Below the pieces are notes generated by a model. That model was not told where the DNA came from. It saw only the letters and a program-made list of their open reading frames with translations, and did not search any database. 64,000 nt of DNA. It comes from the human T2T-CHM13v2.0 reference genome, Homo sapiens. Position numbers and translations under genes: made by a program. Positions 57,485-64,000 of the stretch are shown here, piece by piece; positions within the stretch are counted from its first letter, which is position 1; each line of letters opens with the position of its first letter. Where the stretch lies: the NCBI RefSeq assembly GCF_009914755.1, contig NC_060927.1; one strand, given 5' to 3'.

Positions 57485-59922
57485 TGAGTACAATCGCGTG
57501 TTAATCTGCATCATATATTTTTCGTACCTGAATGTTTTTTCATACGTTGTAAAAAATGCAGTTGTAAAAACTAAAGTAAAGAAGTCTCCCCTCTCCCTTT
57601 GGTTCTATTCCTAAATTCTTCTTACACCTTTCTTTTGGTTAGTCTCATCAAGCTAAAATTTCAAGACAAAAGCATTGAATTGTGCAAAAGGATTGTTGGA
57701 CACTAGATGTTTTGGTTGTGAGGAGGTGGCTTTCTGAAACCTAAGAATTCTTTGCAAACAAATACTGAGCTTAAAAAAAATTTCCTTTAATGGTTCATGC
57801 AGAACAGAACTTTCAATAGTTGTTAAAGCTAGATTTGTTGACTGTTTGCTCTTTGACTTGTACAGTACCTCTAAATAGGCACTGATGAACAGACATTAGA
57901 GACTTAAAGTTTAATGATACTCCACAGACAAAAAGGGTCAATTATTTTTATGAAAACTTGCCTACTCTTTGTATGTTTTACCATTGTAGGGGAAAAAAAG
58001 TAGTGTTTTAATCCTCTTATTAAGTACAGGTCAGCTAATTTAGATTTCAGCTTTTGGTCTCTCTTTACCCACCCTGTCCCCTTCAGAGATAACAGCTGTA
58101 AAGATGATTTTCTCAAGTCTTTCCTACCAGCCTATAGTTACCTGCAACATCAGCAGATAGGACAACAAACACACAGTTTTTATCCATTAGAAATTGGCCC
58201 ATTTGAAGCAAGGGGCTAGAAAATGTATACATTTTAATGGCCCCCACAGGCATTCTGTGAAATTAGCCTTTGAATATGACCTTTTAGCTACCTAATAAAA
58301 TGTAAAGATGAAATCAAGTATTATTCATGCCAGGCTTATTAAATTTGCTGTTCACGTTACTGTTAGAGGATTTGTAACAAAATAAAATAAAACCATTACC
58401 TATTGTGAGGTGGTTTTGATGAATGTACAAGCACAATTCCATCTTCAATGTTTTGCTTTCCCAGGTTTCAAGGAAAGGCATTTTCAAACCCGAAACATTT
58501 CAGATTCTCAGTTCTGCAGCACAAATTTATCCTACTAAAGGGCTGTGACCTTCATTTCCTATAGTCAGTCTTGCATGATAGTTGAAATTGAATTCCCATT
58601 TTCCTCTTCTTTATCAGCTTTCACTTTTTAGCATATTCTTTTAAACTGTAGCATGTGAATCTCTTTAGCAACATATTATGAAATTATGGGGCTGCAGTGA
58701 AAGCCTCTATTTGCATATCTTCTTTCCCCGTTGTATTAGAATACTTGCGGGTTTATAATCTGAACTGATAATGATCTTTAATTGTAGGCATTGTTTTAAG
58801 ACAAAACAGACTATAATCTATATGGTGGTTTCCCACACCAGGTTTCTAGAATGTGCCTTGGGGCTGCTATAGAGACACAGTCTTACAGACTGGGGTCTCA
58901 GCCCGGTACCTTTTCTCCCACCAGAGCAAGTCTGCATTTGTTGATTTTATATAATGGAGATCTATATTCACTATTCTGTGAAAAAAGAGTCCCTCTTATT
59001 ACCAAACAAAAAAAAAGTTTGAAAACCCTTTCTTAAACTCAGAAGCATAATTGATTGATTGGATCTCACAAGGAAGCAAAACCCAAGATAATTGGTTGAA
59101 ACAATCACTTCTTTTAAACTGAGTGACCCTTCAAATATCCCAATTCTGATTTCTCTTCTTGCTGGCCTATGTGAAGCATCATTTATTTTAACTACATTTC
59201 TCTCTGGCTGCTAAAGTTACTTCTCTTACTTTGATCTTAGCTCTGAATATTAAGTCTCTGCGCTCACTGTGGGTATCTCAGGACATTCCCCTGGGTTGCC
59301 ATCTTTGGTGTTCAGACCCCAGGGATCAACTCCAGGGAATTCTCTGGGGGCTGGAACTGTCCCTCTTATGGGAGAACTTCTGTGTTGTTCTTCATGTAAC
59401 CCAGATGAGGATCAATTACTTGGTGACTTGTTTAATGACCCTCCATTCACCGGTTCCACCTGATACTTGTAGATGAGGAAATGGACAAAGAGAGGCTAGA
59501 TAGCCTGCCCATGATAATCCTTGATTAAAAAAAAAAAAAATAGAAGGATGCTGAGTTTATGCCATAAACAATTTAGTAGTGAGATCTCACAGATCTGTTT
59601 TACCATCGTTTATTCTCACTGAGTTAACTTTTGTAGTTTTAGAAACCTATAACTCTTTAACATAGTGTTTAAGGAAACTGACTTTGTAATCAACAGACCT
59701 AACTTTAAGTCCTGACTCTGCCATATAGTACTGTGTGGCCTAGGACAAGTTGAATTGTGTCTGTTTCAACATGTGCACAGTCTCTCTCTTACAAGGTGCT
59801 TGTCTGGGTTAAGTAAGACAATGTGTACAAACTGGGTGGGCAACACTAGGCACGTGGCAAACACTCGTGAATGGCAGCTATAATTAATGTATGATTATTT
59901 TATTTTTAAAATTGAATGCTTT

Positions 59923-60146
59923 TAAAAATGATACAATGGACTTTGGGGACTTGCGGGGAAGGGAGGGAGGGGGTGGGATGGGGGTGAGGGATAAAAGCCT
60001 ACACGTTGGGTACAGTGTACACGGCTTGGGTGGTGGGTGTACCAAAATCGCAAAAATCACCACTAAAGAACTTATCCATGTAACCAAGCACCACCTGTTC
60101 CCCCAAAACTATTGAAATAAAAAAAAATTTTAAAAAGTTCAAAAAG
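59923..60146 (+). mobile_element. L1PB/L1PREC-type 3' end
   Basis: gatacaatggactttgggga...caccactaaagaacttatccatgtaacc...aataaa; TSD-like aaattgaatgcttt / aaatggagtgcttt. Confidence 0.85.
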
Positions 60147-60169
60147 AAATGGAGTGCTTTGAATATTGA

Positions 60170-61093
<924 letters not shown>

Positions 61094-62056
61094 TACCACG
61101 TTAAACAAGAAGATGCCTTAGTATTTGTAGGGTCCGGGAAGCAGTTGATGGTCAAAATCTGTGTTTACAGGGAACTTGGGAACACCCAGAGGATCTTATA
61201 TTAAGGACATAATTCCTGGAGATAGTTATAAATAGTGGAATTATAGCATATATATCTTTAACTTAAACTATACACCATTAGAAGAAGACATACTAATTTT
61301 ATTAATATGTGCCATTTGTGCGTCATCCTACTCAGTGGGTATATGCACCAGTGTAAGCCGGAGATGGGGAATTCCTCTTTGGTATCAACTCCTGGAACTT
61401 CTCTCAGGGGCTTGGCGTCTCTTGTTGAGTGAAAGGGCACTACTTCCTCTGAAATGATCCTCAAAAACAGACTCCCTGTTATGGACCAAAGGGGGTTTGT
61501 GAGGGTAATTTTAATTTGCTGACTTTGAACACAACCTATCTGTAAGAGTCAGTGACACCATATCTTCTTCTTGAGTAGGCTGACCCACCTTTTACTAGAT
61601 TTTGCCATAAAGCAAGGGTTGTCTTTCAACTTTTCCAGTGCAACTATTCATGGAGTTATTTTACGAAACAGCAATGAGAAGTATGACACCCTAGCGACCA
61701 TTGTGTTTCACCTAGTGGTGCTCCTCCCGGACGTTGAACTTTTCAAACAGAGCAATTCACTTATAATAATGGTCTCCAGTCTTCTGAATGCTTATATTTT
61801 GAAATGCCACATCTCTCATTCACTGCAGTGATTCCTCAGCTGTGGGGTGGGGAGGTGGGAAGCCACTTCCCTGTTGGGGTGCATTTTAGATTCTGGGTAG
61901 TGAAGTAGAGGTAGTGTGTAATTTGAAAGCCCTCCTTTCCCCTCCCCTCCTCTACTTTGGCTTTTGTTGTTGGTTTTATGTTCTGTCTCTTCAATAAGTA
62001 GCTATAGGTATTTAATCTCTCGAACATAGTCTGCCTATTTATAAAAGCAGCTTGTG

Positions 62057-62692
<636 letters not shown>

Positions 62693-63770
62693 AAAAGCAG
62701 CTTGTACTAATGTGTTGTTTCCTTCTACAAGTATTAAAATGTAATAACTATTTTGAAAGAGAAGCTAGGTTTTGTTTTATTTTAGGGTTCCAAACATGTA
62801 TATTCATATGAAATACGAATATTGTGAAATATGTGCATTGGAAATTCCATGGTGACGATATCTTGGTTTTCTTCCAGTGACGGTGTGAGGCAGCCTTTAG
62901 AACTTTTGCATATCACAGAAAACATTATTAATTAGGAAAGCTCTGTGATGCAATTAAGCCAGAGTTCTCTAGATGAGATTTATCACCTTATTTAGAAATC
63001 TGAGTAATGCTTTAATCGCTGATAAATATTTTTAATTAGACAACAAAGGATTAGAGTGAGATGTTTGCCTCTCTTAATCCAACTTTATTATTCTTTTTCT
63101 GAAAAGACAATCTGCCTGTGTGGAGGTACTGTTCTTATTAGCATGTTGGTGTAGATTTACAAGAGTCCATGTTTTCAGTATGGGCCTAAGGGCTTTCTTT
63201 CATTTTCACTCTAAGTGATGCATGCAAAAGTTTTCACAGAAGAAAGAGCATGAATCCTTTATGTCAGTGGAACTGCCATTTTATTAAATAGCCCAGGGCT
63301 TTCAAATGGTGCCTGAAGAAACTTGTGTTTCTGGAGATTATGTAAAGGAACTTGAAGGTACTTGTGTGACATGTCAAGCTCCTGGCTTTTACTCATATTG
63401 TATCCAAAGAAGGATTTTGCAGACCCAAAAACCTTGAATTTAGACTGAAACGTGGCTTTGCAGGCACATATGTTTCTCAGCTTGTGGGCAGAGGTTGAGA
63501 GGCCATGTCATATGGAGAGTCCTTCCCCTCTCTGATAAGGAAAGGTGACTTGCTTCAAATTTATATTCTCTTGCTATATATTATTGTTTCACAACCGTGG
63601 AAGGGATAGCATTGGAATGGAGAAGCAGAATGCTTATCAGGAATCAATTAAAGTCTGTGTGGTTCATTTTAGGAGTGCCCAGGGATACACTCAGAAAGGA
63701 AAAAGGGAAAGAGCTTGCTTGGAAGGCATTTTGCAATGAGTTACAGGGGGAATCAAGGGTATTTAGGAAG

Positions 63771-64000
63771 TGTATTACCCAGCTAGTGCTGCTGTAGTGA
63801 AATGCCACTGACTGGGTGGTAAACAAGAGTTATTTTCTCATAATTCTGGAGGCTAGTTGTTGTCCAAGATCAAGTTGTCAGCAGGGTTGGTCCCTTCTGA
63901 GGCCTCTCTCCTTGGCTTGTAGATGCCTGTCTTCTCCCTGTGTGTTCACATGGTCTTTTTTCCTGTGTGTGTCTGTCCCAATCTCCTCTTCTTACAAGGA
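63771..64000 (-). mobile_element. MLT1 (MaLR) LTR, cut by the window end
   Basis: tctcataattctggaggctag...caagatcaag...cttctgaggcctctctccttggcttgtagatg. Confidence 0.8.

Overview
This is human (primate) genomic DNA from the MITF locus, with the gene on the + strand. Bases 1-37,000 are the repeat-rich distal part of the intron that precedes exon 1M. The melanocyte-specific M promoter follows (~37,000-37,540), with SOX10, PAX3, LEF1, CRE, BRN2 and TATA-like sites. Then come coding exons 1M, 2(A/B), 3, 4, 5, 6(A/B), 7 and 8, all with GT-AG junctions and compatible phases; together they encode MITF-M residues 1-286, through the bHLH and the start of the zipper. Exon 9 and the upstream first exons are outside the window. 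I found no wholly new system. The strongest new leads are: (i) a full-length, sense-oriented THE1A MaLR element whose 5' LTR has a DUX4-type motif and a perfect CAG|GTAAGT donor, together with an acceptor-like site inside the exon 1M 5' UTR, which could make an LTR-driven MITF transcript; (ii) a solo LTR13 with paired CACGTGAC/CATGTGAC MiT-TFE-type sites ~16 kb upstream of the M promoter; (iii) near-perfect M-boxes in intron 2 flanking the start of an alternative terminal exon; (iv) a triple CACCTG E-box micro-array; and (v) several readable retrotransposition histories (two LTRs inserted at the tail end of antisense Alus, a candidate L1 3' transduction, and tandem Alus with a triplicated target site). 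Repeat family names come from recognising consensus-like sequence by eye, so their boundaries are approximate.
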